Below are positions 1 to 9,304 of a DNA stretch of 32,626 bases, in pieces. The notes under the pieces were generated by a model that saw only the letters and a list, made by a program, of their open reading frames with translations, ran no database searches and was not told the DNA's origin. Position 1 is the stretch's first letter, and every line of letters begins with the position of its first letter. The translations under genes were made by a program, and so were the position numbers. Source of the DNA: a virus (Duplodnaviria; Heunggongvirae; Uroviricota; Caudoviricetes); the IMG/VR virus record IMGVR_UViG_2778261384_000002; one strand, 5' to 3'.

Positions 1-237
1 ATGTACACCTATAAGATGATACAAGTACCGCCCAATATCTCAGTTAAAGCACGTGACAACAAAGCAGGAATAGCAGCAGCTTACCTTCAAGACGTGGTAA
101 ACGAACAAGCCGCCAACGGCTGGGAGTTTCAGCGGATAGACACTATTGGGATTGAAGAAAAGCCAGGGTGTTTCGGTGGCAGCAAGACAAACTTTACTCA
201 GTACTACGTTATCACTTTTAGAAAAGAAGTGGATTAA
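1..237 (+). CDS. Host small protein, DUF4177-like; may be 5'-truncated by the window edge
   Basis: 78-aa ORF starting at base 1; pattern GWEF..GCFGG..YVITFRKE resembles DUF4177-type small proteins; stop overlaps the start of the next gene (ATG at 237). Confidence 0.4.
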   Translation: MYTYKMIQVPPNISVKARDNKAGIAAAYLQDVVNEQAANGWEFQRIDTIGIEEKPGCFGGSKTNFTQYYVITFRKEVD

Positions 238-452
238 TGTTAAAAGTCTTGAGTATTCGCCTTGTGTTGTTCTACCGAGCACATGCGCCAATGTATATTC
301 GTAACAGATGTCGTCACACCCCATCTTGTTCAAAATACACACTGATTGCATTAAAGCGTTTTGGATTCGTAAAGGGGTGGAAACTAGGTTTAAAGCGGAT
401 TTATCGTTGCCGTCCACCGAATGGCGGTATTGACTACCCGCCACACAAGTAA
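237..452 (+). CDS. yidD: YidD-family membrane protein insertion efficiency factor (host)
   Basis: 71 aa; motif HTPSCSKYTLIALKRFGFVKGWKLGLKRIYRCRPPNGGIDYPP matches the conserved core of YidD (CRFTPTCSSYGIEAL...KRVLKCHP..GG.DP) as recalled. Confidence 0.65.
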   Translation: MLKVLSIRLVLFYRAHAPMYIRNRCRHTPSCSKYTLIALKRFGFVKGWKLGLKRIYRCRPPNGGIDYPPHK

Positions 453-918
453 TGCCTAAGGCCGCCATAGTCGACGGCCTTTCTCAAGACCAAAGCGTAA
501 ATTTCAGTTTTATAGTTAGCTAAATATATGTTTTTATTGTAATTTTTAAAATCTCTAAAGCATTCCCTCACCCTCAAGCCTTCACGTAAAATAATTTTTT
601 CTTTTATTTTCAATGCAATAAAAACAGGCCGATCACATTCGTGATCTTTCTGTTTTCAATTAACTGAAAAAGCACGTAATTTTTTCAGTTCCGCAGATCC
701 TTTTTAGATCCTTGCTGCGCGGGCTTTTGCGGCCCTTTATTGCAATATCCAGAACTGAAAAAAATTTCGCTACACACAAGCCGCGGGCGTGCGGGTGAGC
801 GCGGTTTTCGTCCCGCTGGCGTTCCGGTGTTCAGATTTTGACCGCGCGCCGTGTATCGAGCACCGTCAGACCTGCAGGACTGGCATAAATGACAGTGTTT
901 GCCGGAATGAGGACGTAA

Positions 919-940
919 AAAAGCCCGCCAGGCGGGCAAT
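919..940 (-). terminator. Rho-independent terminator closing the minus-strand tail operon
   Basis: On the minus strand: GCCCGC-CTG-GCGGGC hairpin followed by TTTTTT, immediately downstream of the last tail-operon ORF (ends 950). Coordinates approximate (+/-2). Confidence 0.55.
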
Positions 941-949
941 GAGAAGGGA

Positions 950-2596
950 TTAGCGTTCTATGATGGGGGATAGCTGCGCATGTAGCGTCGCAGCATTGAC
1001 AGATTCAGCCGTAAACAATGCGGCGGTTGTAGGTGGGCTACTGGGGCCGCACTGGCAGTTATGAATGTGCGCAGCGTCAGCCGCTGCCAGCCGTTGAACA
1101 ACCATCATCAGGTTATCCAACAGCACAAAAATATTTATTGCGTCCGTGCCGGTCCAACTCTTTCCGGCTTCAAAATGCTGCAATTCTTTAGCCACGCTAC
1201 GCCGCAGCTTGCCGACGACTTCAACCAACTGCCTGCCAACAGCGTGCCGGTGATCTCCTCCTGCTCCGGTGTCAATATCACCTGCGGTCATCTGCTCAAT
1301 AGCGCCCAGGGTATGCAGGATATGCGACCCGCCAACCTGTAACACATCATCACCCGTTACGCTGGCGCGACGCTCCACGACGTCCGTCTGTTCTTCATCC
1401 ACCGTCAACTTTCGCACCCGCGCAACTTCGGTCAGTGCCTGATCGGTTTCGCGGCTGACATCGCCGCGACTGTTTGTCTTATGCAGAACGCCCGCGCGTG
1501 ACTGCTGCACCTGCTCACCCGCAGCAACAGCAGGCAGCGTCAACCCCTGCGCCATTACCTGGCGGATGTGTGGGCGGTCCGGGCGTGCCTCACTGAATCC
1601 CAGTTCGACCAGTGTTCCCGGCGCGGGGTACTGCATCAGGCCGCTATCGCTTCCGCCAAACCCAACCGGCAACGGCACAGCCTGATAAACGGGGACCGTT
1701 TGATCGGGTTTCCCGTCTTCATCCAGTAACTGAACGTTGACGGCAAAGCGCGGACGGAATGGATCTGATATGTCGCTATGGCCGGTCGTGTCGCTGATAG
1801 CCTCAACGCGACCAATTTTCGGCAGGTGTAAACCTGCGGCCAGTTCCGGAAACTCCTTTTCAGCCTGGCGGCGGAATTGCGATTTTTGCGCCTCGCGGCC
1901 TTTGCTGTCTGTTACCGCCCATTTGACTGACATCTGGTCATCAGTCAGATCGATACGCTTAACCCGTTGGCCGTTAACGACAGCGCCAGGCCGCAGTGAC
2001 GGCACGCACACGATCCGCATAGTGTCGCCGCCAGTCTGCTGATCAGAAAATCCGGACGGTATATCAACGGGCAATGACGGCCATCGGGATTCCTGCCAAC
2101 TACCAACAAATACAACACCTTCGGGCAACTGCTGCCAGATATAATCCGGGATAGAAAAAGCGCGCCCCAGGTTGTTTAGCAACTGATAGCCGCTGCCTGA
2201 ATGGGTAAAGTTAGGGATCGGCGTATCGGTGTATGTCTGCCCGTCTGGCAGCGCAAACGCCAGCCCGCACTGTTCAGTAACCCAGTTACAGACATCCCGT
2301 AATGTTGGGTGCTGTATTGAACAGGGCATAGGGCGCGCCAGTATTCCCGTTAATTCACGCACCAGGATACGCTGCCAGCCCTTTTCCGCCTGCTGACTAC
2401 GCTCAACAATACCAGTGAACCAGCGCAGCATTTTTCCGGAATACCCCAGATCCAGCGCGACCATTTTTCCCTGCAAGTTTTCATCACCGGGGACCGTGAC
2501 AAAACCCAACCCAGCGCCGGACAACTCCAGCGCCAGATGTACATTAACCGGCGTTACCGTCTGCGAACCGATATAAAAACGGCTTGTTATCTTCAT
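950..2596 (-). CDS. Phage tail/baseplate protein, possibly gpD-like (late control D / hub family)
   Basis: 548 aa, last gene of the tail operon, start overlaps the upstream gene; N-terminal segment ALDLGYSGKMLRWFTGIVE resembles the P2 gpD N-terminal motif as recalled. Family assignment is tentative. Confidence 0.4.
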   Translation of the reverse strand: MKITSRFYIGSQTVTPVNVHLALELSGAGLGFVTVPGDENLQGKMVALDLGYSGKMLRWFTGIVERSQQAEKGWQRILVRELTGILARPMPCSIQHPTLRDVCNWVTEQCGLAFALPDGQTYTDTPIPNFTHSGSGYQLLNNLGRAFSIPDYIWQQLPEGVVFVGSWQESRWPSLPVDIPSGFSDQQTGGDTMRIVCVPSLRPGAVVNGQRVKRIDLTDDQMSVKWAVTDSKGREAQKSQFRRQAEKEFPELAAGLHLPKIGRVEAISDTTGHSDISDPFRPRFAVNVQLLDEDGKPDQTVPVYQAVPLPVGFGGSDSGLMQYPAPGTLVELGFSEARPDRPHIRQVMAQGLTLPAVAAGEQVQQSRAGVLHKTNSRGDVSRETDQALTEVARVRKLTVDEEQTDVVERRASVTGDDVLQVGGSHILHTLGAIEQMTAGDIDTGAGGDHRHAVGRQLVEVVGKLRRSVAKELQHFEAGKSWTGTDAINIFVLLDNLMMVVQRLAAADAAHIHNCQCGPSSPPTTAALFTAESVNAATLHAQLSPIIER

Positions 2597-3228
2597 TTGT
2601 CTTTGTCCGTTTTGACAGCTGATCCGGCTGTACCGGTTGACGTCGTATCCGCTTTTGATTCAGACGGCGACGGGGCCAGCCAGTCATCAATTTTTTTCCA
2701 GAATTTATCTGATGACGACATTTCAGTGTCTGGCGGTGTATTTTCCCCGGAAGATGCGCCCGGTGTCGTAATGCCTGGCGTCGTCTGCGAAACAACCCCG
2801 CCCAGTTTTGAAAATACATTGGCCTCTTTTTTCTCCGGTACACTGCTGTACTCCCGCAGAGTGAACGACACGTTCCACGCCCGCAGTGAATCCGATTCCG
2901 GCGCGCTCAGACGCCCGGTGAATGTCGCCTGGCGCATGTTGATCGCCGTGGCGGTGAGATTGGAAACTCGGTAAACCGTCTGCTTTCCGCCCTCGTCCAC
3001 CCCTTCCGCCAGTTCAAAAATACGCGTAAGGAATTCAACATTACGAAACGGGATCACGCCGCTGACATTTAATTCCTTTGCTTTTATCCCGCCCTCACTT
3101 TTCTGTGTTCCCGACGTCTGGCCAGACTGATCTTTGTCTTTGAACGGCAAAACAGCCTCCACTTTCAGATTCAGCATTTTTACCGTTTCGCCGTTCAGCG
3201 TTAAAATTACTGGGTGTCTCGTGCTCAT
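2593..3228 (-). CDS. Tail-operon protein of unknown function
   Basis: 211 aa; start and stop overlap the flanking ORFs (translational coupling); Ser/Thr/Pro-rich C-terminus; no motif recognised. Confidence 0.4.
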   Translation of the reverse strand: MSTRHPVILTLNGETVKMLNLKVEAVLPFKDKDQSGQTSGTQKSEGGIKAKELNVSGVIPFRNVEFLTRIFELAEGVDEGGKQTVYRVSNLTATAINMRQATFTGRLSAPESDSLRAWNVSFTLREYSSVPEKKEANVFSKLGGVVSQTTPGITTPGASSGENTPPDTEMSSSDKFWKKIDDWLAPSPSESKADTTSTGTAGSAVKTDKDK

Positions 3229-4094
3229 AGGCAGCCCTTCAAAAACGACAGATCCGCGCCAGTGAACAGCACGACAGCAGTAAAAATAAAAGAATGGCCG
3301 GGCGGGCTACTGGATTCCAACGCAGACGCCAGTGACGCACCGCCACCGCTTCCCTTCCAGGACCAGACCTGCACGGCGGTTTCGTTCAGCTTGTCAAAGT
3401 CACCAGCCAGATCAGAAACAGCCTTTTCACGCAGCTTTACCAGTTCCGCCAATGTATCGACCGGCGCGCGGGTTTTATATGCGGCCAGCATCGCCATTTC
3501 TGACAACAGCAGGCGGCGCGATTCACGGTGATTTTTTTCGATCAGGTCGCCAGACTCCGGCCACGCCGGATAGGTCAGCGCGCCGGGGCGTTGCATTTTC
3601 TGGGATTCCTTGCCAGCGTGAGCGCGGGCGGTGTTCAGTGCCTGCGTAAATCCGGGGGCGGGCAAGGTGTCACAGACTTTTGTCAGCTTGCTAATGAAGT
3701 CCCCAATCTGACCAGCGCAAACCAGTAAACAAACGGCGTCACCGCCTGCGCCCATTCTCAGATCTGCACCATCGCGCAATTTTTCGGCCAGCCTTTTGAC
3801 GGCGTTCGGCGGGCTAAGATAAGTGCCGCTTTCTTCCTCCTTACCCGCGCCAAACGTCCAGTTATGAACGGCGATTTGCTGCCCGTTCGTTGTCAGTTTA
3901 TCCAGTTCGACGCGCAGATCGGCTACCTGATCCGCCTGCCCCGCCAATTCTGGCTGCGGCCACTGCGCCCGCGATTCCAGCGCGCGCAATGCGTTAATGC
4001 CAGGGGATGACAGCGACGACAACGCACCGTTTAACGTGTCATGCGGCGTTTTCACTTCATCCGGCAGTTTTAACTGTCCATTACTCCACGCCAT
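3225..4094 (-). CDS. Tail-operon hypothetical protein (about 290 aa)
   Basis: Track ORF 3225..4187 begins with TTG; the internal ATG at 4094 has a GGAG Shine-Dalgarno about 13 nt upstream. Hydrophobic C-terminus. No family recognised. Confidence 0.35.
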   Translation of the reverse strand: MAWSNGQLKLPDEVKTPHDTLNGALSSLSSPGINALRALESRAQWPQPELAGQADQVADLRVELDKLTTNGQQIAVHNWTFGAGKEEESGTYLSPPNAVKRLAEKLRDGADLRMGAGGDAVCLLVCAGQIGDFISKLTKVCDTLPAPGFTQALNTARAHAGKESQKMQRPGALTYPAWPESGDLIEKNHRESRRLLLSEMAMLAAYKTRAPVDTLAELVKLREKAVSDLAGDFDKLNETAVQVWSWKGSGGGASLASALESSSPPGHSFIFTAVVLFTGADLSFLKGCL

Positions 4095-4567
4095 GAATAA
4101 CCCCGCTCCCATTCGCTGGAAACCAGCGCGTGTAACTGGCCGGGCGAATAACGCCAGGCATCCCGTAACTGCATAAATTCGGCACAAAACTCGCTACAAA
4201 ACCACTTTTCAGGATTCCCACGGCAAAACAGCAAAAAGCCGATAACCCCGGCGATGTCGTATTTTTTCCCCGCGTACAGGCGGTAAAAACTGGCGATTTC
4301 CTGCGGGCTGGCGCTGATTTCGATCAAGTCCCATTTGTCAGAGGGTAAAGGCATTGTTTTAGCCCTGACCCCGCCATCACGGAACGATGACGAATAGCAG
4401 GTAAAATCCGTGCCGACGTCGTAGCACTGCGGCCCCACGGCGATTTCACAATGTGAATACGGACTGCGGGTAACAAGGCGTGTCACCCAGTCCGCCAGGC
4501 GGGCCAACCCTTTGTGTTCGCTGCGCCCACGATAAAACGCAATAAAAACCGCGTTCATGGTTGCCAC
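4070..4567 (-). CDS. Hypothetical protein with permuted papain-like (peptidase C92 / YiiX-like) motifs
   Basis: 165 aa; His-containing motif SPYSHCEIAV followed later by WFCSEFCAEF resembles the His-then-Cys order of C92/YiiX-type permuted papain-fold proteins; overlaps the tail fibre assembly gene stop by 13 nt. Confidence 0.35.
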   Translation of the reverse strand: MATMNAVFIAFYRGRSEHKGLARLADWVTRLVTRSPYSHCEIAVGPQCYDVGTDFTCYSSSFRDGGVRAKTMPLPSDKWDLIEISASPQEIASFYRLYAGKKYDIAGVIGFLLFCRGNPEKWFCSEFCAEFMQLRDAWRYSPGQLHALVSSEWERGYSWRGVMDS

Positions 4568-5157
4568 CCCTGGGACCAGTCGTAAGCCTCAACGGCGGCA
4601 ATATCGTCCAGGGCATTCACTGCCGCAATATGCGCCTGCGCGACGGCAAATAACCGCATATCATGTTCAATGGTCACAACCTCAAACTGCGCGGCGATCG
4701 CGTTGGTCAGTTCAATCATGCCGTTATTTTTGGTCTGCCACATAAGGCCAGACGGAAGCGCGCCCGCCTGCCCCATTTTTGCCAGCGTCATTTGCTGAAT
4801 GCGGCTGTCTGCGTCGCTGTGAAAATGATGGCCGTTAATTTCAACGTAATCAGCCGTCAACGTGTCGCGGTGTTGTTTGATTGACTGATTAACCGTTATT
4901 TTTGCGTGTTCCAGCGCGGCGCTGAATGCATCGGTGTCGTAAACCCATTTATCACCATTCAGGCGATAAAACTCACCTGGGGGAGGCGTTGTTACCAGTT
5001 TCCCAACGGCTGGATTTACCCAACAATCGCGATCATGGTAGCGCCACTGCGTGTCAGTGACGGGCATAATTGTTTCGGGTAAAACAATATTGAATTGATC
5101 GGTATCCAGCCACTGTAGAACTTTTAAATCAATAGGATTGTAATAAGCGTATTTCAT
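4555..5157 (-). CDS. Tail fibre assembly chaperone
   Basis: Start taken at internal ATG (MKYAYYNPIDLKV...) 4 nt after the tail fibre stop, with GGTGG Shine-Dalgarno; N-terminal motif and position directly downstream of the tail fibre gene are typical of Tfa chaperones. Confidence 0.6.
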   Translation of the reverse strand: MKYAYYNPIDLKVLQWLDTDQFNIVLPETIMPVTDTQWRYHDRDCWVNPAVGKLVTTPPPGEFYRLNGDKWVYDTDAFSAALEHAKITVNQSIKQHRDTLTADYVEINGHHFHSDADSRIQQMTLAKMGQAGALPSGLMWQTKNNGMIELTNAIAAQFEVVTIEHDMRLFAVAQAHIAAVNALDDIAAVEAYDWSQGWQP

Positions 5158-5161
5158 TGAG

Positions 5162-7255
5162 TTACCACCAAATTCTGACAAAACCTGGCGAACCATTGCC
5201 GCCATTACTTTTATTCAGCCCACTACAACTACCGCCAGAACCGCCCGCGCCGTATCCTGTCCCGTTACTACAACCTGATGGAATTCCTTTCCCACCAAGC
5301 CCGAATGGGCTATTTTCGCCGTCGCCAGCGGTCCATATTGTTGATTTAAGGCCATTGAATTCAGCCGGATCCCAAACGCCACTGTTCAGTAATCCACTGC
5401 CGCCCGCGGCTGAAACACCTCCGAAACTAGAAGAACCGCCAGCACCACCAACAATCAGCGCCGTGCCTGATGCAGGGATCGCACCAGCACCGCCAGCACC
5501 TACAGCAACAGAAACAGCCGCCCCCGGCGAAACGGCGACTATTGCAATAGCAATTTGAGCGGCGCGCCCTCCTGGTGCTGGCTTGTAGTAATTGGTGGAC
5601 GATGGGGCCGCGCTGCCGCCAGCACCGCCCCCGATCATTTCCACGAAAACTTTCTTTACCCCGGCAGGGACAGTAAATGTCCCGTTTGCAGTAAACAGGG
5701 CAAAATTACCGAAATAGCGCAAATCGGCGTTTGCCGTCGTGATAAAGTCCGGCGCGCCGGTAATATCGGACCAGGAGTGTTTATGGTTGGCAGCGGCTGC
5801 GCTTACGTCGCTGTACGTCAGCGTAATATCCGCTGACAGTGCCTTATTGTTCACCTTGCGCGTTGTTGGCACGGCGTTTACGTCGCTGTACGTCAGCGCA
5901 ATGTCCGCTGACAGCGCCTTATTGTTCACCTTGCGCGTTGTCGGCACGGCGTTTACGTCGCTGTATGTCAGCGTAATATCCGCTGACAGCGCCTTATTGT
6001 TCACCTTGCGCGTTGTCGGCACAGCGTTTACGTCGCTGTACGTCAGCGTGATGTCCGCTGACAGCGCCTTATCGTTCACCTTGCGCGTTGTTGGCACGGC
6101 ATTTACGTCGCTGTACGTCAGCGCAATGTCCGCTGACAGCGCCTTATTGTTCACCTTGCGCGTTGTCGGCACGGCGTTTACGTCGCTGTATGTCAGCGTA
6201 ATATCCGCTGACAGCGCCTTATTATTCACCTTGCGCGTATCCTGCACCGCGTGAACAATGCGTGGATCATCTGCTGCGGCAACCTGCCCCGCCAATTGCC
6301 CTACGTTGCACACCGCTGCGCCACCCAGCCCCAGATTTACGCGCGACTTGCCTTTATCATCCAAATCAGCCAAGTTTTGCGCCCGGCGCAAGTAGCGCTT
6401 ATCCAGATCGTCACTGTTACGCACTGGACGTAAATCAGTGACTGCCCCATCTGCGGCAATTTCAGCAATTTTAAATACATAGTGGGTTTTCCCCGCAGCA
6501 TCCGAATATTCAGCCAGATCGCCCGACGTAATGACGCAGATATCAGTGACCGGCACGCAGGCAGTCATTACAGACCCCTGCCAGACGGTATCCAGCCAGA
6601 CGGCGGCGGGTTTAGTCCCGACCGCGACATCCTGCGCGGCTTCGTTCGCCAATCGCAAACCGGCCACATAACCCAACCCCGGCAGGCAGCTATATTTCAC
6701 CCCGCTACGTTGAACCAGCCACCCATCATCAAAAAACAGCGCACTGCCGTAATGATCGATATTCAGTAAACGCTGATAATCATCAATACCCGTCAGACGG
6801 GCGGTAAAATCGATCTGCCACGTTTCGGCAGGCGTATTAATCCCTGTCTTTTCTGCAGCACCGTTAAATTCAATCAAAAACGAGCGAGTAAACGCGTTTC
6901 CCTGTTCCGTCGCCGTCGTTTTCACCTTTTCCAGCGCCGGGACCGTTGTCACCATCGCTAAAAGGCCCGTTTTTTTGCAAATCAGGCCGATCCAGTTAAA
7001 CGAAAAATCGCCGACGTTTGTTCCCAGGGTAAACGAGTACGCTACCGTGTTTTTGTTAACCACGCCCGCAGCGTTGACGGGTTCGCGGTAAACAATTTGC
7101 GCAGCATCCGGCAGACCGGCGTCACGGTTTATCACCGCACCCGGATCAAGGCCGGGCACATTAGCCAAAACAAATTCATCCAGCGAAATGTCGCCCGGCG
7201 TCAGCAGATCAGCGGCCTGCCACTGCTCAAATGCCGTCGTGATAATTGTTGCCAT
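5162..7255 (-). CDS. Tail fibre protein with tandem fibre repeats and glycine-rich C-terminal domain
   Basis: 697 aa; six tandem 26-aa repeats (TRKVNNKALSADITLTYSDVNAVPT) typical of phage tail-fibre repeat units; Gly-rich C-terminus; follows the gpI-like gene as in P2 (H after I). Confidence 0.8.
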   Translation of the reverse strand: MATIITTAFEQWQAADLLTPGDISLDEFVLANVPGLDPGAVINRDAGLPDAAQIVYREPVNAAGVVNKNTVAYSFTLGTNVGDFSFNWIGLICKKTGLLAMVTTVPALEKVKTTATEQGNAFTRSFLIEFNGAAEKTGINTPAETWQIDFTARLTGIDDYQRLLNIDHYGSALFFDDGWLVQRSGVKYSCLPGLGYVAGLRLANEAAQDVAVGTKPAAVWLDTVWQGSVMTACVPVTDICVITSGDLAEYSDAAGKTHYVFKIAEIAADGAVTDLRPVRNSDDLDKRYLRRAQNLADLDDKGKSRVNLGLGGAAVCNVGQLAGQVAAADDPRIVHAVQDTRKVNNKALSADITLTYSDVNAVPTTRKVNNKALSADIALTYSDVNAVPTTRKVNDKALSADITLTYSDVNAVPTTRKVNNKALSADITLTYSDVNAVPTTRKVNNKALSADIALTYSDVNAVPTTRKVNNKALSADITLTYSDVSAAAANHKHSWSDITGAPDFITTANADLRYFGNFALFTANGTFTVPAGVKKVFVEMIGGGAGGSAAPSSTNYYKPAPGGRAAQIAIAIVAVSPGAAVSVAVGAGGAGAIPASGTALIVGGAGGSSSFGGVSAAGGSGLLNSGVWDPAEFNGLKSTIWTAGDGENSPFGLGGKGIPSGCSNGTGYGAGGSGGSCSGLNKSNGGNGSPGFVRIWW
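5795..6250. repeat. Tandem direct repeat, about 78 bp x 6, in-frame inside the tail fibre gene
   Basis: Unit cgtcgctgtacgtcagcgtaatatccgctgacag...ttgcgcgttgtcggcacggcgtttacgt recurs with 78-bp period and a few point differences. Coordinates approximate. Confidence 0.8.
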
Positions 7256-7261
7256 TGTTAT

Positions 7262-7795
7262 TTATTCCCTGATAAGTGACGCGGCGTGACACACATAGTC
7301 ATTGTGTACGCTGCCCGCCTGAATATTGATCGGCGTGGATGTTAACGACTGGAAGCGATAGCGGCGACAGGTGCGCCCGTACTGCCGGACGATTTCACGC
7401 AGCAGATCACCGTGTTCAGAGATCTGCCGGTCGGTCAAATCCAACAAAATGACGTCCCAGTCAATACCGTCTACACGCTCATTTATCCCGACAAAACCTA
7501 TTTCCAGCCGTTCAAATATCCGGGCAAAACCCGCCGTACTGCCTGCATCCTGCGCATTAATGAACGCGTAATTCACGCGGCGACGGAACAGATCCAGCGG
7601 CTCCGCGTTTAAGCGGGTGACGTCACGCTGCCAGGCCAGCAAAAAGAGGATCGTTTCGTTACAGGTCAGCGCATCAAACTGCTGCAACGGCCAGCGCAGC
7701 CACGCATCAAGCCAAAGCCAGAAACGTTTGCACGCTGCCGCCAGCTTTTGCGGTTCGCCTTTGTTCATCCAGCTGGGCAATTTAATGTTCATCAT
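7262..7795 (-). CDS. Baseplate/tail protein, P2 gpI-like
   Basis: Start taken at ATG overlapping the gpJ-like stop (ATGA), giving about 177 aa; motifs LAWQRDV...RRRVNYAFINAQDAGSTAGFARIFERLEIGF resemble P2 gpI as recalled. Confidence 0.55.
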   Translation of the reverse strand: MMNIKLPSWMNKGEPQKLAAACKRFWLWLDAWLRWPLQQFDALTCNETILFLLAWQRDVTRLNAEPLDLFRRRVNYAFINAQDAGSTAGFARIFERLEIGFVGINERVDGIDWDVILLDLTDRQISEHGDLLREIVRQYGRTCRRYRFQSLTSTPINIQAGSVHNDYVCHAASLIRE

Positions 7796-8976
7796 GCGCT
7801 GCCCCATTTCACGCTTAATGACCGCAGGCGCGGAATATTCAGTTCACTGACGATGTCATCAAGAGAAAATTCAACAGACGACAGGGCGGGAAACGCCTCG
7901 TGAATTTCTTCACCCAACTTAGAAAAGCCAAACCGCGACCAGGGCCACGTTTTGGTAACGTCATACGCTGAATTCTCACGAAACGCGCAGCGCACCATGT
8001 TTTCAACGACCCCCGGCAGATCAGCACGTTCAGCATCGGTAATCATCGCGTTATCCGGGATGTGAAGCGTCACTTCCAGTTCATGAAAGGTTTCCGGCAT
8101 AGGGAAACATTGCATATCGTCGCCGTGTCCGTGGTTTCCCTGCCCCATCACGTAATCATTTACGGCTGCAATAAACGGATCACTGATCACACCTGCATCC
8201 AGCAATAAATACGCGTTAGCTGTTCCCGGTCCGCGCGGGGCGTCATGTAAAAAGAAAATGCGAGCGGTGCTCAATCCGGCCACACTGGCGATCGCCGAGC
8301 GATACACGGCGTCAATGTGATAGTTACCCACGACGTTAAACTGGTTACGGATACGCGGGCGAAATTCGTCGTCAGACTCACGATCAGCGCCTGGCTTCGT
8401 CAGCCAGTCATCGCCGGTCGTCACTTCCGCAACTCCCGCCACCGCGACGGGTAAAACATGGTAATAACCGGGCGCAAGGTTCCAGGCACTGCCCGCAGTA
8501 TCAGCCGTACAGGCGATCGATAGCTGCGCAATACCTGCGGGGATCATCGTCGTCGCATCCACAATCAGGCGATAAACTTCACCGTTAACGCGTTCTGTCT
8601 GAATGACAGTACCTGCCGGAATTGTCACATTTTCATCAGCACTGGTTTTAATAAACGTCACTGCACCCTGGGCGCACGTCGCCGCCTTACGTTCCAGACG
8701 GACCGCCCACGCCAGCAGGTCAAGCCACGTCCCGATCGCCGTAGCAACAAAAAGGTTAGTCAGAACCACATCTGCCAGCACATCACGCAGCCACAGCACC
8801 GGTTTAGTGACAATGGCGGAAATCAGACGCCAGAACGGCGACATTAACGACGTGTTAGTGACCAGCCCTTCATCATCGGCGACAGTCTGGAACTTCGCCT
8901 GAATTTCCTTTTCCGTACCCGGCAGGCCCGCGTCATCCAACAGGGCGCGGTAATCGGGTTTAGGTGTATCACTCAT
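7792..8976 (-). CDS. Baseplate J-like protein
   Basis: About 394 aa from ATG at 8976 (MSDTPKPDY), overlapping the upstream ORF by 8 nt; size and position between W-like and I-like genes fit the baseplate J family. Confidence 0.6.
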   Translation of the reverse strand: MSDTPKPDYRALLDDAGLPGTEKEIQAKFQTVADDEGLVTNTSLMSPFWRLISAIVTKPVLWLRDVLADVVLTNLFVATAIGTWLDLLAWAVRLERKAATCAQGAVTFIKTSADENVTIPAGTVIQTERVNGEVYRLIVDATTMIPAGIAQLSIACTADTAGSAWNLAPGYYHVLPVAVAGVAEVTTGDDWLTKPGADRESDDEFRPRIRNQFNVVGNYHIDAVYRSAIASVAGLSTARIFFLHDAPRGPGTANAYLLLDAGVISDPFIAAVNDYVMGQGNHGHGDDMQCFPMPETFHELEVTLHIPDNAMITDAERADLPGVVENMVRCAFRENSAYDVTKTWPWSRFGFSKLGEEIHEAFPALSSVEFSLDDIVSELNIPRLRSLSVKWGSA

Positions 8977-9304
8977 AAACAACCTCAACTGGATCAATCA
9001 GTCCGAATTCATAGGTTTCTGCCGTCACAATGACGCGGCCTGCCGCTTCCTCATACACGCGCACCGTTCCGGGGATTAGGCGGTTATCCGTTTCCACCAT
9101 CAGAATAATTTGCAGATAAATATCATTGCGCATGACAGCGGAACGCTGGCCGATAAGGTGCGTTGCCAGATTGCTTTCAATGATGCCGTGTTTAATGTCC
9201 TGACCAATGCTGACACGGTTGTCACAAAGCGTTGGTTCACGTCCGGTATTTAAAAGAAAATCGCCGTTAACAATTTTCAGATCGATATACAGTTTTTCAG
9301 TCAT
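8969..9304 (-). CDS. Small baseplate protein, gpW/gp25-like (DUF2590-type)
   Basis: 111 aa directly downstream of the tape measure gene and upstream of gpJ-like; size and position fit a gpW/gp25-type wedge protein. Tentative. Confidence 0.45.
   Translation of the reverse strand: MTEKLYIDLKIVNGDFLLNTGREPTLCDNRVSIGQDIKHGIIESNLATHLIGQRSAVMRNDIYLQIILMVETDNRLIPGTVRVYEEAAGRVIVTAETYEFGLIDPVEVVYE

Noticed and set aside
770-900. Possible tRNA or tmRNA integration target next to the prophage end
   Set aside because: No cloverleaf could be drawn; the TTCAGAT segment lacks complementary T-stem flanks and no acceptor stem or CCA context is evident.
685-939. 84-aa minus-strand ORF in the junction region
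   Set aside because: Arg/Pro-rich, no Shine-Dalgarno, overlaps the predicted operon terminator and GC-rich repeats; most likely a spurious reading frame.
5739-6254. 171-aa plus-strand ORF with an internally repeated sequence
   Set aside because: It is the antisense reading of the 78-bp tail-fibre repeat array; the repeats keep the frame open artificially.
5162-7255. Diversity-generating retroelement targeting the tail fibre
   Set aside because: No reverse transcriptase gene or template repeat is present in the window; the variation looks like simple tandem-repeat polymorphism.
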